Below, one piece after another: positions 21,950-36,302 of a DNA stretch of 64,000 bases. A program made the position numbers and the translations under genes. Below the pieces are notes generated by a model that saw nothing but the letters and a program-made list of their open reading frames with translations, did not search any database and was not told the DNA's origin. Each line of letters begins with the position of its first letter. Position 1 is the stretch's first letter. Source of the DNA: Marsupella aquatica (taxonomy: Eukaryota > Plantae > Marchantiophyta). Location: assembly GCA_973895155.1 (NCBI GenBank), contig OZ316895.1, positions 18,547,880-18,611,879 of the forward strand. Reading direction: 5' to 3'.

Positions 21950-24900
21950 TGTGGTGCGTCCCATGGCTCCCCAAACCCAAGAAAACCCCTTGCTCAAGCC
22001 GATTCCCGCAGGTTTCGTCCTCGGCGAGGCCGTTTCCACGGCTTAGCGGCATGGGACGCTGCTAACTCTCCTTCTACTACTATAAACATTTTACACACAT
22101 ATACTGGACAGATCCTTCATCGGGTCATGAGATACTTAGCCGGCCTATTCTAGGCCTTCCCTTGTATTCCTCTCCTGGTCTTCCATTAGGTATGTTTGGA
22201 TTCTGCCACCGGAATGATCCCCAATTGGCTTGGTTAAGCCGCTAAGACCTCTCTCAGCTCGACACATCCAACTCTCACTCCCTTGCTACTTCCCTTCATT
22301 GATGTGGGCACTCTTCACACAAGTTAATGCGACACACAAATAGCAAAATGACTCCTTCTAACTGAGTTATACCATGCACTTGCCATACAAACAGTACATC
22401 TCATACACAAGCTTTGCGAACTAAGCCATGAGGCCAAATCTATTCAGTTCTTAGGCATGAGGAAACATGAATATACACAAGGGTCACTGTATAACTAACC
22501 GAGAGCTTCTCTTACTACTTGATCCCAGCCCTGCTGGTGCAACTAAAAACTTGCTAAAGAAGAGGCCCTTGACTCCCCGCTGCCCAGGTATTTATCCTGG
22601 CAGCGGATCTGTCCAGAACTTCACTGCATAAGCTTGATCTATCCTACCTGTAATCTACCTAACTGTACAGCGAGGCAGGAGCACAAGTGTTGCTCCTACC
22701 AGTGGATCCGCCATCCCACTAATCTAAGTGTCAGGGCCGTCTCCTGGTCTTGATCCTAATCCTAAACTTGGAGATCTGAGCCCGCCCTGCCCACTCACGC
22801 CTCCTACCTCCACGTTCGCCCTTCTTAAAAGGAACGGTGCCCTTGCACCGTCACGGCACCGGTGGCGGATCCTCAATGGACGCCCCCAACGCCTCCCCCG
22901 CAGCCACTACCGTCGGTCCGCCCTCTGACAGATTACCTGCCCCGGACCGAGTCAACTCTTCATTGGCTTGACTGGGTCCACCCTCGGCTTCGGCCCCAGC
23001 ATCGGTCACGGCCCTCGATACGGCTTCGGCCTCCTCGACATGTTCTAGTGGAGAATCCGGTACCTTGGCTTCATCAATAGCTATCCCGGCCTCGGCCTTG
23101 CCATCCCCACCTTCTTCAACAGGTGGATCTACTGTCGTGATCATGCCGGAGGGTGGTGTCGGGTTGACCTCCTGGGTTACAACGGTTTGGTAAGCCGTAT
23201 AACTCCCAGACCCAGAAGGTTTCCGCTTCTTTTTCTTCCCTGTTTCGGTAGCTGGTCCCTTCCCCTTGCTACCTACCTCCGGCACCGGGGCATGTGTCGA
23301 TCTCGGCGTGTCTTTTGGCCAGTACCCCTCCTGGTAATGGAGTTCCCACAATTGGAGTTGGACCAGATAAAGCTAAGCACTTAAATACTGCGGCCTGTTT
23401 CTTCAGCCGCTCCGTTTGGTTGTTGGCCCGCCTCTGTAAGTTCTCCATCTTCTTGGTGGTTTCCTCCAACTCAACCTGGGCTTCCTCCAGGTCCTTCCAT
23501 CCCTCCTGCAGCTCCTTTCTGGCTTCCTCCAATTCCAATTTTAAGGTAGCCCTCTCCTCCTGGGTTGCTCTTAGCTCATTGTCGAGCTCCGCTACGACCT
23601 CAGACTCCATCTTATTCATCTTGGCATAAGTCTGGTCGAGCTGGTCGTCCTTCTCACGCAGGTCGGCCTTGAAGCTGGCCGTCAGGGACGCAAGCTCCTG
23701 CTGCAGTGCAATAATCCCTTGATAGGATTTCCCTAACTTGGCCTCCTTTTGCTCAAGGGCTCCGCGGATATCCTCAAGCTCTCCTTTCAACACCCTCTCC
23801 TTTCTCTGAGTCTCCGCCATGGCCCGGTTGTTGGCGGTTATGTGGGCCTCCTCTACATCCCTCAGCTCCTGCTTCCACTTTTCCCTGTCCTTGACCGCGC
23901 CGGCCAACTCTCCTTGGGTCCGAGTCAGTTTATCTTTGATAATCTGATTGCCAGACTGAGTGGCATCCAATTGTCCTTGCATGATGTTTAGCTCATGCCG
24001 CTTAATCCGCAGCTCATCTTGGGCTTTCTTGGCCGCCTGTAGGTCGTCCACCTCGGCTTCCATCTCCCTAAGCCGCCGGATGACCTCGTCCTTCTTGCTT
24101 CTCTCCAAAGCCACCGCTTCTTCTAATCGGTGTTTCTCCAACATCTTCCTCTGGAAAAAAAGGTCCCTGCTCCAACTCCTCCCCAAAGATGCTGAGCACC
24201 AGGTCCCCACACATCTCCCCGTACTCCATGGCTCTATCTTTAGCATAGGTGGAGTAAGTAGAAGTCATTGGCATCAACCACCTTGGCCTCTGTTCCCAAG
24301 CCGCCTTGCGGATTTCTTCTAGGTGGCAAGAGGGTTGCTTCTTTTTTTGGCAAGCCGCCTGATGTCCTCCGGCCAATCTCCTCCTGGTAAATCTTTTTCC
24401 CTAGCCAGGGCTGCTTTCTCTTCCTCCCTAAGTCGCTCCTGAAATTCTTGTGCTGTCTGCTTTATGCCATCAAAGCTCGGGGGAGCAACCTCTGGTGGGG
24501 GAGACTCGGGGCTACTCTGCTGGGTGGGGTCCCCTCGAACTACTCTTGGAAGTGTGGGGATAAATCGGCCACAGGTCCTTACTCCTCGAACATGATGATC
24601 CGACCCATAGCCGGAGTTATCATTGCTGTAGTCCTCCACCGCCTCCTCCACTGCTTGGACTCTCGGCTTCCCCCTCTGTTCCCCTGGTCCTGTAGTGAAA
24701 ACGGCCTCACAGATCACGGGCTCTGGTTCCTCCTCTGGTTTCCAGGCTGTCCTCTCCCTCTGCTTTCCGCGGGAAGGAGCCTTAGGCTGCTCTGCCTCCG
24801 ATTCGGGGCTTGAGGCTCCCACATACATTAGAACTCCCGGCTTGTGTTCCGGCCTCCTTCTCTCCTTGGCTCCGGTAAAGGGGTTTTCCCTCCTGAGTCG

Positions 24901-26680
24901 GCTTAGGCCGGCCTCTAGGGCAGTGTCCTGTACCGGTGCCGTTGCCGTTGCCGGTGCCGGTGCCGTTCTCTCCTACTCTAGCAATTTCAGCAGATTCTGC
25001 ATGCCTGATTGCTGCATCAGCAAGTCTTCTTTCCTTGGCTGAAACACCTGCTCGATCGTAGGACTGGCAGGCTGGTTGGGCTCTTCTATTGCTGGCCTTT
25101 GCTCCGAAACCTCCTCCGGTGCCCTTGCCGATAGGGGAAGTACTGGGCAAAGATTTGACTTCTGGCATACCGGCACAATAGCGGCATGTGATAGCCAAGC
25201 CGGGACACGCTTCCCACGCCGATCACCTGCTGTTCCTCCTTCAAGATCTTCTTCAGTTGGTTGAGGAGGTACCCGTTGTAATCCCGGCTTGGGTTTGGCC
25301 TTTCTGCCAAGTAGACCTGAGCCTTGCCAATCTCTGCCCTCGGCAAGTTACAATGCATGGTCACCCACAAGAAATCGATCATCTCTCCGATGTGCGGGTT
25401 GGTGCAGGTGTTCCGGAAGAAGCCATTCTTCGTTGATGGTCCTGGGAACGACCGGAACTCCTTGTCAGGTAAGGTCTTCCTGGTATCAACCTTGGTCTTA
25501 TTACCCATCGGCAAGCCAAACACCTCGGCAATCACCTAAGGAGTGAGATAGAAATCCTTCCCATACACCCTCGTGGAATTGGTCTCGGGTTCCTATGATC
25601 CCACAAATTCTAATAAGTCGGAGTCCAGCACCTCCGGCTTCAGCCATGGTGATCTTACAAAGGCTTCCAAGCCGGATCCGGCCATGAAGCCCTAGTACTT
25701 CTTGGTCTGCATGGCCGTAAAGCATGCATCCTCCTCCCGTGCAAAATGTAATTGCACTTCCTCTAGTAGGGTCGCCGCCCAGCCTTTCCAGGTGTCATCC
25801 TTTGTTGGAATGGCATTGATGGGATCGACCTCCTCCTCTTCGGCTTCTCCCTGCCTCCTATTCTGCTGCTTTGCTGGCTTCCTTGGTGCCGCCGACCTCG
25901 TTCTTTTTACCGGGGTGGCCTCTTCGTTGTTGTTTCCTTTCCTCTTCATCTCGGCTACTATGGATGTTTCTCCTAGCACAGTTGCCTTTGTCCACCCCTC
26001 CGTACTACCCTTCAACTCCCAGTGCGCGTCGTTGCAGAGGTTGATGGCTTCCCAAATGCCGATGATTCTATCTTCGCACAACAGAAGGTCATCGAGCTGA
26101 TTGGCAGTAGGAGTCCACAAGAACTCGGCCTTGATGAGTTCTCCTCCTAAGAAGGCAGACTTTTGCAGATCCCACAGTCGAGCGAGCTCCTGCCGTTCTC
26201 GAGCTGCTCTCTCCGATTCTTCGTCCTCGTAAGTCCTAATGTACTCAGTTGCCCGTTCGAACAGGCATCCCCAAAAATGTGCCGCTTGATTGACATTGCT
26301 CATACCCTCCTTGACTCGATCGTTGGTATCTGCTCCCGCCCAGAGTGGTTGCCTAAGCAGCTGACAGTAGTTGGCCTTCCGTAGTTGTCTGCCCAGTTTG
26401 TGCTTGCAAATGAGCCACCATTCCTCGCGAGCGGTCCTTACCCCTCTCCTCCTCTGGTCTTTCCTCCCGTTGGTTACCCCTAGCCGCCGATGCTTAGCGC
26501 GCCCTAACCCTAATCGTGTTCTCTCCCCCGACGTCCTTCCCTCCGGCCTCGGCCCGGGTTCCATAGTCATCCTTAATTGTTTATATTTTCCTTGTTTTTG
26601 TTATTGTACTAATGTGTTTATAGGGTACACCTCCGTTTTCCCCACCTAACTGGCCTAGTGATTCCTGGCTAGGCATCACA
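21950..26680 (-). mobile_element. Solo LTR, family B (4731 bp)
   Basis: Reverse-complement B termini with perfect TSD CTTTG. Confidence 0.93.
22851..26303 (-). pseudogene. Family B LTR gene, degraded
   Basis: Fragments 25692-26570, 25086-25535, 24319-24828, 23269-24246 and 22851-23351 match the intact B protein. Confidence 0.88.
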
Positions 26681-28474
26681 CTTTGCATGGGTAATCAATA
26701 GGTGGGATCCAAGTAGAAGTGACAATGGTGGGATCTAGGTTAGGCAGATGACAAGAGGCGCAATTCTTGGCATTGTCAGCAATTGTGCGCCCATCTGCCC
26801 CTTGTAACTCTAGCACTCTAGACGGTTGAATAGCCTTAACCCTAAGAATGGTACGACTGGTAGAGGTGTCCAGGGTGTTGTTAGCTTGCCGCTGCAAGTA
26901 CACAAAATCTCCCACATCAAACTTCCTGACCTTGGGCTGAAAAGTGCCCCCTCGTGTGTGTGCATAACGTAGTGTGTCCCTATGTTGTGCAATGCCAAAT
27001 TCTCCATGGCCATGGGCATAACCCTCTTGAATAGGGCAGCCCTCTCAGAGATCACATCAGACCAAGTCACAGCTGAATCCAAGTCCACCACCTGAAGCAT
27101 GTGAGCAGCAATAGTAGAAGGCAGAACTGGGTGACGACCAAGCAACAAAAAGTAGGGAGAAAAGTTAGACAATGATGCATGTCTAGACATCCTATACCCC
27201 ATGGCAATGTAGGGTAAGGCCAGGTCCCAATCCTCCTTGTTTTTGGTGAGGCAAATCTTCCAGAGGCCCTTCTTGCATGTCTGAACCATGTGCTCTGCCA
27301 AGCCATTTTCCTGTGGGTGATCTCGTGATGTCCGGCGATGATCAATGAGGGCATGATCAAGCAGCTCCTGGAACTCTCCTCTAAACTCTGAGCCCTGGTC
27401 AGTGAGACATTCTGCACAAGCTCCAAAGCGGCTAAGAACTTCTTGAAGGAATGCTTGGCTGGTGCTATGAGAGGTCTTATCCGGCTATGCCACAAGTTCT
27501 ATCCCCTTGGAGAAATGCTCTATCATGATCATGATGTAGAGATTACCCCGAGACATGAGGGGTAATTCTCCACCCAAATCACATGACCAGCAATAAAACA
27601 TGCTTGTGGTGCGTCCCATGGATCCCTAAACCCAACAAACCCCCCTGCACAAGCCGATTCCCGTAGGTTTTGCTCTCGGCGAGGCCGGTTCCGCGGCTTA
27701 GCGGCATGGGACGCTGCTAACTTCATTCTACTAACATTTTACACACATATACTGGACAGATCCTTCATCGGGTCATGAGATACGTAGCCGACCTCTTCTA
27801 TGTCTTCCCTTGGCCTCCTCTCTTTGTCTTCCTTTAGGTATGTTTGGATTCCGCCGTCGGAATGATCCCCAATTGGCTTGGGTAAACCGCTAAGACCTCT
27901 CTCAGCTTGACACATCCAACTCTTACTACGTTGCTTACTCCCTTCTTGGTTGATGCGGGCAATCTTCAAACAAGTTAATGCGACACACAAATAGCAAAAT
28001 GACTCCTTCTGATTGAGTTATACCATGCACTTGCCATACAAATAGTACTTCTCATACACAAGATCTGTGAACTAAGCCGTGAGGCCAACTCTATTCATCT
28101 CTTAGGCATGAGGAAACATGAATATACACAATGGTCACCGTATAACTAACCAAGAGCTTCTTTTACTACTTGATCCCAGCCCTGCTGGTGCACTAAAAAC
28201 TTGCTAAAGAATAAGACCCTCAACTCCCCGCTGCCCAGGTACTTATCCTGGCAGTGGATCCGCCTAATTCCTTGCAGCGTAAGCCTAATCTACCTAACTA
28301 TAAACTACCTACGTACAGCGAGGCAGGAGCACAACTGTTGTTCGGATCCGCAATCTCACTAATCTAAGTGTCAGGGCCGTCTCTTGGTCTTGATCCTAAT
28401 TCTAAACTTGGAGATTTGAGCCCGCCCTGCCCACTCACGCCTCCTTAAAAGGAGTGGCCCTCCACCACGTACTG

Positions 28475-31400
28475 TCATGGTAGCGGTGGCTGATCCTCAA
28501 TGGACGCCCCCAATGCTTCCTCCGCAACCACTGCCGTAGGTGCATCCTCTGACAGATTACCTGCCCCAGACCCAGTCAACTCACCCACGGCCTGACCGGG
28601 TCCACCCTCGGCTTCGGCCTCAGCATTGGCCACGGCCTCTAATACGGCTACGGCCTCCCCGACATGCTCTAGTGGTGGATCCGGTACCCCGGCTTCATCA
28701 CTGAGTGTCTTGGCCTCGGCTTTGCCATCCCCACCTTCTAGGGCAGTTGGATCCTTTGCCATGACCCTGCCTGCGGTTGGTGTCGGGTTTACTTCCTTGG
28801 TCCCGATGGCTTGAGAAGTCGCATTACTCCTTGATCCATAAGGTTTCCGCTTCTTCTTCTTCCTTGGTTTGGCAGCTGGTCCCTTCCCCTTGCCACTTAC
28901 TTCTGGCACTTGTGCGAGTGTCGCGGCTTGTCCTTCGGCCAGTACTACTCCTAGCAACTTGGTTCCCCCATTTGGAGTTGGACTTGATGAAGCCAAGCAC
29001 TTTAATATTGCGGCTTGTTTCTTTAGCCGCTCCATTTGGTTGTCGGCTCGCCGCTATAAGTTCTCCATCTTCCTCGTGCTTTCATCCAACTCCTCCTGCA
29101 CTTTGTCCAGGTCCTTGCGCGCCTCCTCTAGCTCCTTCTGGGCTTCCTCCAACTCTTTCTAGGCTTCCTCCAATTCCTTCTTTAAGGTGGCCCTCTCCTC
29201 CTGGGTTGCTCTTAGCTCCTTCTCGAGCTCCGTTACGACCTCAGACTCTATTTTATTCATCTTGGCATAAGTCTGATCAAGCTGGTCGTCTTTCTCACGC
29301 AGGTCGGCCTTGAAGCTGGCCGTCAGGGATGCAAGCTCCTGCCACAACACAATAATCCCTTGATAGGATTTCCCTAACTTGGCCTCCTTCTGCTCAAGGG
29401 TTCCACGGATATCCTTGAGCTCCCCCTTCAACGCCCTCTCCCTTCTCTGGGTTTCCGCCATGGCTCGATTGTTGGCTGCTATGTGGGCCTCCTCTACGTC
29501 CCTCAGCTCCCACTTCCACTTCTCCCTCTCCTTGACCGCATTGGCCAACTCCCCTTGGGTTCGAGTCAGTTTATCCTTGATAATCTGATTATCAGACTGA
29601 GCGGTATCCAATTGCCCCTGCATGATGTTTAGCTCATGCCGCTTAATCCGCAACTCATCTTGGGCTTTCCTGTCCACCTTCGGGTCTTCCACCTTGGCTT
29701 CCCTTGCCCTAAGCCGACGGATGACCTCGTCCTTCTTTCTTCTCTCCAAAGCCACCACTTCTTCTAATCGGCATTTTTCCAACATTTCCCTCTGGAAAAA
29801 AGGTCCCTGCTCCAACTTCTCCCCAAAGATGTTGAGCGCAAGTTCCCCACACATCTCCCCGTACTCCATGGCTCTTTCTTTAGCATAGGTGGAGTGAGTA
29901 GAAGTCATCGGCATCAACCACCGCGGCCTTTGTTCCCAAGCCGCCTTGCGGATTTCTTCTATCGTGGCTGGAGGGCTACTTTGTTTTTCTGCAAGCCGCC
30001 TGATGTCCTCTGGCCATTCTCCTCTTGGTAAATCTTTCTCCCTAGCCAGGGCTGCCTTCTCTTCCTCCTTGAGTCGCTCCTGAAATTCTTGTGCCATTTC
30101 TTTTATGCCGTCAAAGCTCGGGGGAGAGAAATCTGGTGGGGGACACTCGGGGCTGCTCTACTGGGTGGGGTCCCCTCGAACTACTCTTGGAAGCGTAGGG
30201 ATGAAATGGCCATGGGTCCTTATTCCGGGGACATGATGGTCCGACCCGTAGCCGGAGTCATCATTGCCGTAGTCCTCCACCACCTCCTCCCCAACTTGGA
30301 CTACCGACTCCCCTCGCTGCTCTCCTGGTCTTGTTGTGAACACGGCTTCCTGCCAATCATAGCTCACAGGTCCTAGTTCCTCCTCCGGCTTCCAGGCTGT
30401 CTTCTCCCTCTGTTTCCCGTGAATAGGAGCCTTAGGCTGCCTTCCCTCGGCTTCTGGACTTGAGGCTCCTACATACATTCGAACCCCCGGCTCGTGTTCC
30501 GGCCTCCTTCTTTCCTTGGCTCCGGTAAAGGGGTTTTCCTTCATGAGTCGGCTTAGACCGACATTTGAAGTAGTGTCCTGTACCTGTGCCGTTGCCGTTG
30601 CCATTGCCATTCTCTTTTCCTTCTCCAGCAATTTCAGCAAATTCTGCATGCTTGGTTGCTGCATTGGCAAGTCTTTCATCCTTGGCCTAAACACCTGCTC
30701 GGTTGTAGGACTGTCGGGCTGGTTTGGTTTCTCTGTTGCCGACCTCTATTCCGGAACCTCCTTTGGTGCCCTTGCTTGCAGTGGAAGTACCGGGGCAAAG
30801 ATCTGACTTCGGGCATACCGGCACAATAGCGGCATGTGATAGCCAAGCCGGGACACGCTTCCCATGCCGATCGCCTATAGTTCCTCCTTCAAGATCTTCT
30901 TCAGTTGGGTGAGGAGGTACCCGTTGTAGTCCCGGCTTGGGTCTGGCCTCTCCGCCAGGTAGACTTGTGCCTTGCCGATCTTTGCTCTCGGCAAGTTGTA
31001 GTGCATGGTTACCCGCAAGAAATCAATCATTTCTCCGATGTGCGGGTTGGTGCAGGTGTTTTGGAAGAAGCCATTCTTTGTTGATAGCCCTGGAAACGAC
31101 CGGAACTCCTTGTCTGGCAAGGTCTTCCTGGTATCTACTTTGGTCTTATTGCCCATTGGCAAGCCAAACGCTTTGGCAATCACCCGGGGAGTGAGATAGA
31201 AATCCTTCCCATACACCCTTGTGGAATTGGTCTTGGGCTCCCATGATCCTATGAATTCTAATAAGTCTGAATCCGGCACCTCCGGCTTTAACCATGGTAA
31301 TTTCACGAAGGCTTCCAAGTCAGATTTGGCCATGAAGCCCTAGTATTTCTGAGTCTGCATAGCCATAAAGCATGCATCCTCTTCACGTGCAAAGTGTAAT

Positions 31401-31946
31401 TGCACTTTCTCGGGGAGGGTCGCCGCCCCGCCTTTCCAGGTGTCATCCCTTATTGGAACGACATTAATGGGGTCAACCCTCTTCTTTGGCTTCTCCCTGC
31501 CTCCTGCTTCCCTGCTCGGCTGGCTTCTTGGGTGCCACCGACCTCATTCTTTTTGTAGGGGTGGCCTCTTCATTGATGTTCCCTTTCCTCTTCATAGCGG
31601 CTGCCGTGGATGTTTCTCCTAGCACGGTTGCCTTTGTCCACCCCTTTGTGCTACCCTTCAACTCCCAGTGTATGTCGTTGCAGCGGTTGATGGCCTCCCG
31701 GATGCCGACAATTCTGTTCTCGCAAAACAGAAGGTCGTCTAGCTCGTTGCCAATAGGTGTCCACAGGAATTCGGCCTTGATGAGTCCTCCTAAGAAGGCA
31801 GACTTCTACAGCTCCCATAGTCGAGCGAGCTTGTGCCTTTCTCGAGCTGCTCTCTCCGATTCTTTGTCTTCGTAGGTCCCAATGTACTCAGTTGCCCGTT
31901 CGAACAGGCATCCCCAAAAATGAGCAGCTTGATTGACGTTGCTCAT
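28475..31946 (-). pseudogene. Family B LTR gene, degraded
   Basis: Fragments 30875-31333, 30158-30694, 29159-30097 and 28475-29035. Confidence 0.88.
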
Positions 31947-32081
31947 ACCCTTCTTGAGTTGATTGTCAGTATCTGCTCCCACCCCAAGTGCTTGCCTAAG
32001 CAGCTGACAGTAGTTGGCCTCCCGTAGTCATCTGCTTAGTTTGTGCTTGCAAATGAGCCACCATTCCTTGCGATCGGTCCT

Positions 32082-35000
32082 TGTGACGCCGCCGGTACGG
32101 CGGTTAATGAGTGATTCAGTCTAACTGCGCTCGGCACGCGCATTAGGTGGGTCTTAGGCCGCTATTATTAGCATAACGACAGTATTTAGGTAATCATTAG
32201 GGGTAGGACATCATTAGGCAATAAGGGGGACTTCAGGTTCGGGCTGGCGGCGGGTCGCTATTCGCACACCCGGGTTACGAGCGTGGAGGGGCCCCTCCCT
32301 CGGGTCCGTATAACAAACTTAAGGAAGCGGCCACTGACGCACGCTGACTCAGACCGGCGGAGTGGCCGGTACACCACAAGCGTGAGCGGTTCAACCTATG
32401 GGCGTCGAGGAGACGTCGGGGATCGACAAGCCCTCAAAGTATAAAAGGGGAGCCAACCCTTTTGTAGTGCACCAATCCATCAGTCCGTGCGCCAGCTTTG
32501 ACCCCAGCTCTCTCGTTCTCTCTAGGTCGCCACTACTATCTCCTCTGAATGTCGCACACGATCCTCTCCAGCTCGGCCATTCGATTCTGGACGCAGTTCC
32601 TATCTACCGGAAGGCACTTGGCCGATTCATTGAAACACGCCAACCCGCGCCAATACGAGATCGAACGCGAATACGAGAGAGCCATCCGCCTAGCAGGACG
32701 ACACCACTACGTCCTTAACTTTGACTACCCGTCTCAGAGCGAGCTTTACCGACCAGCTGAGGTATCTGGGTACTTCTTCAACGGAGACAAATATATCGGG
32801 TTCTGGGAAGCATTGCTTCGGCTTCCGGACGAGGTCTTCAATATCCCGGGTACAATCGACCTGCAGCGACATCACTTCGACCATATCCCTGCCCAGGTTC
32901 GGGCTGTCATTAACGGCGAGTCCAGTACCAACCGTTCGACAAGGGCGTCCACACTCGCTTCGGAGAACTTCTACCAGCACCTACAGAGCTTCATGGGAAC
33001 TCGGCCATCAACCAACATGACCAACTCAGCCGGACCCGTACCCGTACCCGTGCCCATGCAACCTCAGCTTCAGCTTCAGCCTCAGCCGCGGCCTAGCCAA
33101 ACCCCACCACCTATCACCCAGCCAGCACAGGTACGCTCCGTCATCAACGCTGTGGATCTTAGCGATGACGACGAGGCTACCCCACCCTTGACCAGGCGGC
33201 CCAGAGGAACAAGCGCTCTGGGGGCCGACACTATATCGTCCCCACCCCCTGCTCTGACCCCAGGACCGGCCGTGGCCGCCCCGGGCCCGTTACCAACCGC
33301 AGTGGCACTCCCCAGGCCCGATCGGGAGGATGGGGAAGTATCACCTTCCCCGAGTCAGTCACGGGGAAAGAAGAGGAAGGAATCCGCCAGTGCATCCGGG
33401 TTACCGTTGGCCACGGTAGCCGTAGCCAAGGTAACGATGCATCGCATGGGGGAAAACGTTCACAGCAACATCCTCCATCCCAAGCATGCGGTGTACCTGA
33501 AGACTCAGGGATTTGAGCACCTCGCCTCTCTCCCCTGGAACACTTGCAGGTACTACGGGGAGGACATGACAGAATTCGTCAAGAATTATGACGACGTACG
33601 TCAATAGACTCGGCTGCGGGGGAAGGAATATGTCCCTCACAGAAGAACGGCTCAAGATGATCTTCGGGTTACCCGAAGGTGACCATCGAGTCGAATCACG
33701 GGCTCCCGGGGGCAAGGGGGCCAAGTACCAATCTTCAAGTTTTCCCTCAGAGGGATCAGTGGACAACGGGTTCATGATGAGGACCTGCCTCATGCCCGAG
33801 ATAGCTGAGCGGCTGGAGTTCCAGAGGTACGCTCTCCACATGATGGAACCCCGGGGGGAGATCTCCGCCGCCCAGGTCATCCAGGTCGAGAACTATCGAC
33901 CTAGGAAATGGGCGTCGTACTTCGCTAAGAAATTCCATGAAGAGATGGAGCGGCGAAGGAAGACGCTGTACATTGGCGGGAAAGCGTATTTCGCTAGCCA
34001 CATCGAAATCATTCTTGAGTGGTACGCCCGGTTTGATCGACGAACCCTTCCTCGCATCAACGTTACAAAGCTGGTCCCAGCTAGGTGGGTTTTTCCGGCA
34101 TTGGAGAGACGGCCCCAACCCGAGGCTCGAAGTCCAGTGGACACGCCAGCTTCACCCACCCCACCTCCACAAATAGCTGTAATCGTAACCGAGGAGGCAC
34201 CGGAGGGGTTGGTCATCGCAACCGTTGATGCGACCCAACTAGCCGGGCTAAGTACAGAAGTTGGTACGGCAGAGGTCTTACCCGAACCCGGGTCTCCCAA
34301 GGACCCGCCGGTGGCAATTCCGGAGAACCGGACATCGCTGTAGGAGGACACTCCAGCCCCTTCCAACGTTATGTCCCCAGGGCTGGACGTCACTGCCCCG
34401 GCCCCTGCGCGTGTTGATGTCTGCCCGTGCCCAAATCCGGACAGGCACAACTTGGACCACCCGGAACTCTTCGTACAGGGTACGTTTCTGAACGGGCTTC
34501 TGGGAGATTTCTCTCATCAAATTGCCCGGGATACCGGGGAGTTCATGGCCCGGAAGGTAGCCTGTTTCTTCAATCAGGAGTTGGTTGCCGCCGTAAAGGC
34601 AGGTCGGGCCCAGTCGGAGGCCCTTCAGAGGATAGAGCGGTACCGGGTGGAGTCCGTGTACCTAAAGAACGAAGTGGCGGCTCAAGAGGCTGAGCTTCTA
34701 CAACTACGACCCAAGGTTGCAGCCGCCGATGAGTTGTTAGCAAAGGCGTACGCTCTTACCGCCCTAGCCGAACAGGCCAAAGCTGGGAACGAGGCCGATA
34801 TTACACGACTCCGGAACCAGATTGACAGTTTGAAGAAACAAGCTGTCACCTGGCAGAAAGACCTGGAGGAGGCCGAGGAGCGAGCCCAGCGGGACGCGAC
34901 GGAGATAGCCACGCTGCAGGCCGAGATGGCGCGGCTCCAAACCGAGGCCGAGAAGCAGGACCAGCTGGCGGGTAAACTGACGAGCGACGCCCAGCAGCTG

Positions 35001-36067
35001 GAGGAGGCATGTCAGGAGGCAGCAGAGGAGACGGACGCGGCGAGGCGAGAGAACGAATCTCTGCTGGACCAGCTCCAGCTCCTCAAAGCGAACAATAACA
35101 GGCTTCGAAGGCAGCGGGATGGCCGTTCCCATTCGGGCGGCTCTGGCAAGCGTGCCAGGCATTAGCGGCGGAGTAGGAATAGATTAGGATTAGGATTGGC
35201 TTAGTCAGGCTCTTGGGACAGGCACCTGCCTTAGGTACAGCAGCGCTGCCCTGCTGTCCAGCCTGCGTAGATTAGGATCTTCTAATAAGACACAGCCGTT
35301 TTCTGGCCTGACTGTCAGCTTAGTTAGGACCTTGGTCAGCGGATCTTCGGTGGGAGGACGCCTCGTTCCTCGGCTCTTAGTATTTAGTGCACCCCTCGGT
35401 AGAGGCAAGGGGGGGGGGTTTTTAGTTTCAGAGTCGGACATCCGCGGGACATGCGGGGAGTCCCAACCTCTGGGAATGACAGAGTACCAAGGGGAGGGGG
35501 TAGGACTAAGCTCGTCGGGCGAGTGCGGAGCCGGGCTCCGTTGTAGTGTGCACCCTTGGCCTTGAACCTGTGCATTCCAAGGCTGTCGTGTCAACTAAGT
35601 GTACGCATATGTTCCCTTTGTAGTAAAATCCTTTCCCATCATTTTTCCTTCGTGTAAATCGAGATTGTATGCATGTGTGCGCATATGTGTGTGGGTTTCT
35701 CGTATATGGGTGGCAGCGCCGGGCCGAACGCACTACCCGAGACGTGCACAGGGTGCAGCCTGCGGGTAAGTGGTTGCGAGCACGGGTTGAGGACCTGTAT
35801 CATCGAATCCGGATCGAAGGCGGACAGCACGAAGGCTTAGAAGCCCTTAAGCCGGGGTCGATCCTGCTATCGACTAAGGTACGTTCCGGCGGCGGAACAC
35901 AAACCATACCTAGGAGGTGTCCGTATTTAGCAGTATGCGCACTTAGCGCTAGTTTACGAGAATAAGGTGCATTACGTGCTTCCCTTCCTGCCCGAACCCT
36001 CAGATTTACGAGGGATGTGCCCGTCTAAGCTGAAGTCTGAGTTAAGGCCGAAGCCTACGACGTGACA
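32082..36067 (+). mobile_element. Solo LTR, family A (3986 bp)
   Basis: tgtgacgcc...cgtgaca with perfect TSD GTCCT. Confidence 0.95.
32549..35165 (+). pseudogene. Family A LTR gene, disrupted
   Basis: Fragments 32549-33607, 33588-34343 and 34371-35165; two CAG>TAG stops and a 1-bp frameshift. Confidence 0.88.
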
Positions 36068-36302
36068 GTCCTTACCCCCCCTTTGCCTGGTCTTCCTTCC
36101 CGTTGGTTACCCATAGCCGCCGGTACTTAGCGCGCCCTAACCCTAATCGTGTTCCCTCCCCCGGCGTCCTTACTTCCGGCCTCGGCTCGGGTTCCATAGT
36201 CACCCTTAATTGTTTATATTTTCCAGTTTTTTGTTACTATACTAATGTGTTTCCAGGGTACACTACTGATTTTACTATTTAAACTGGCCTAGTGATTCCT
36301 GG

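Larger units (their letters stand above)
21790..27604 (-). pseudogene. Ty3/Gypsy integrase with C-terminal PHD finger, split by a family B solo LTR
   Basis: WSCDL..IEHFSK, LTDQGSEF, HPQENGLAE core, FDVGDFVY, then CKVC..DDADRMLLCDNCNGGYHL..VPEGLWFCPSC after removing the insert and frameshifts. Confidence 0.85.
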
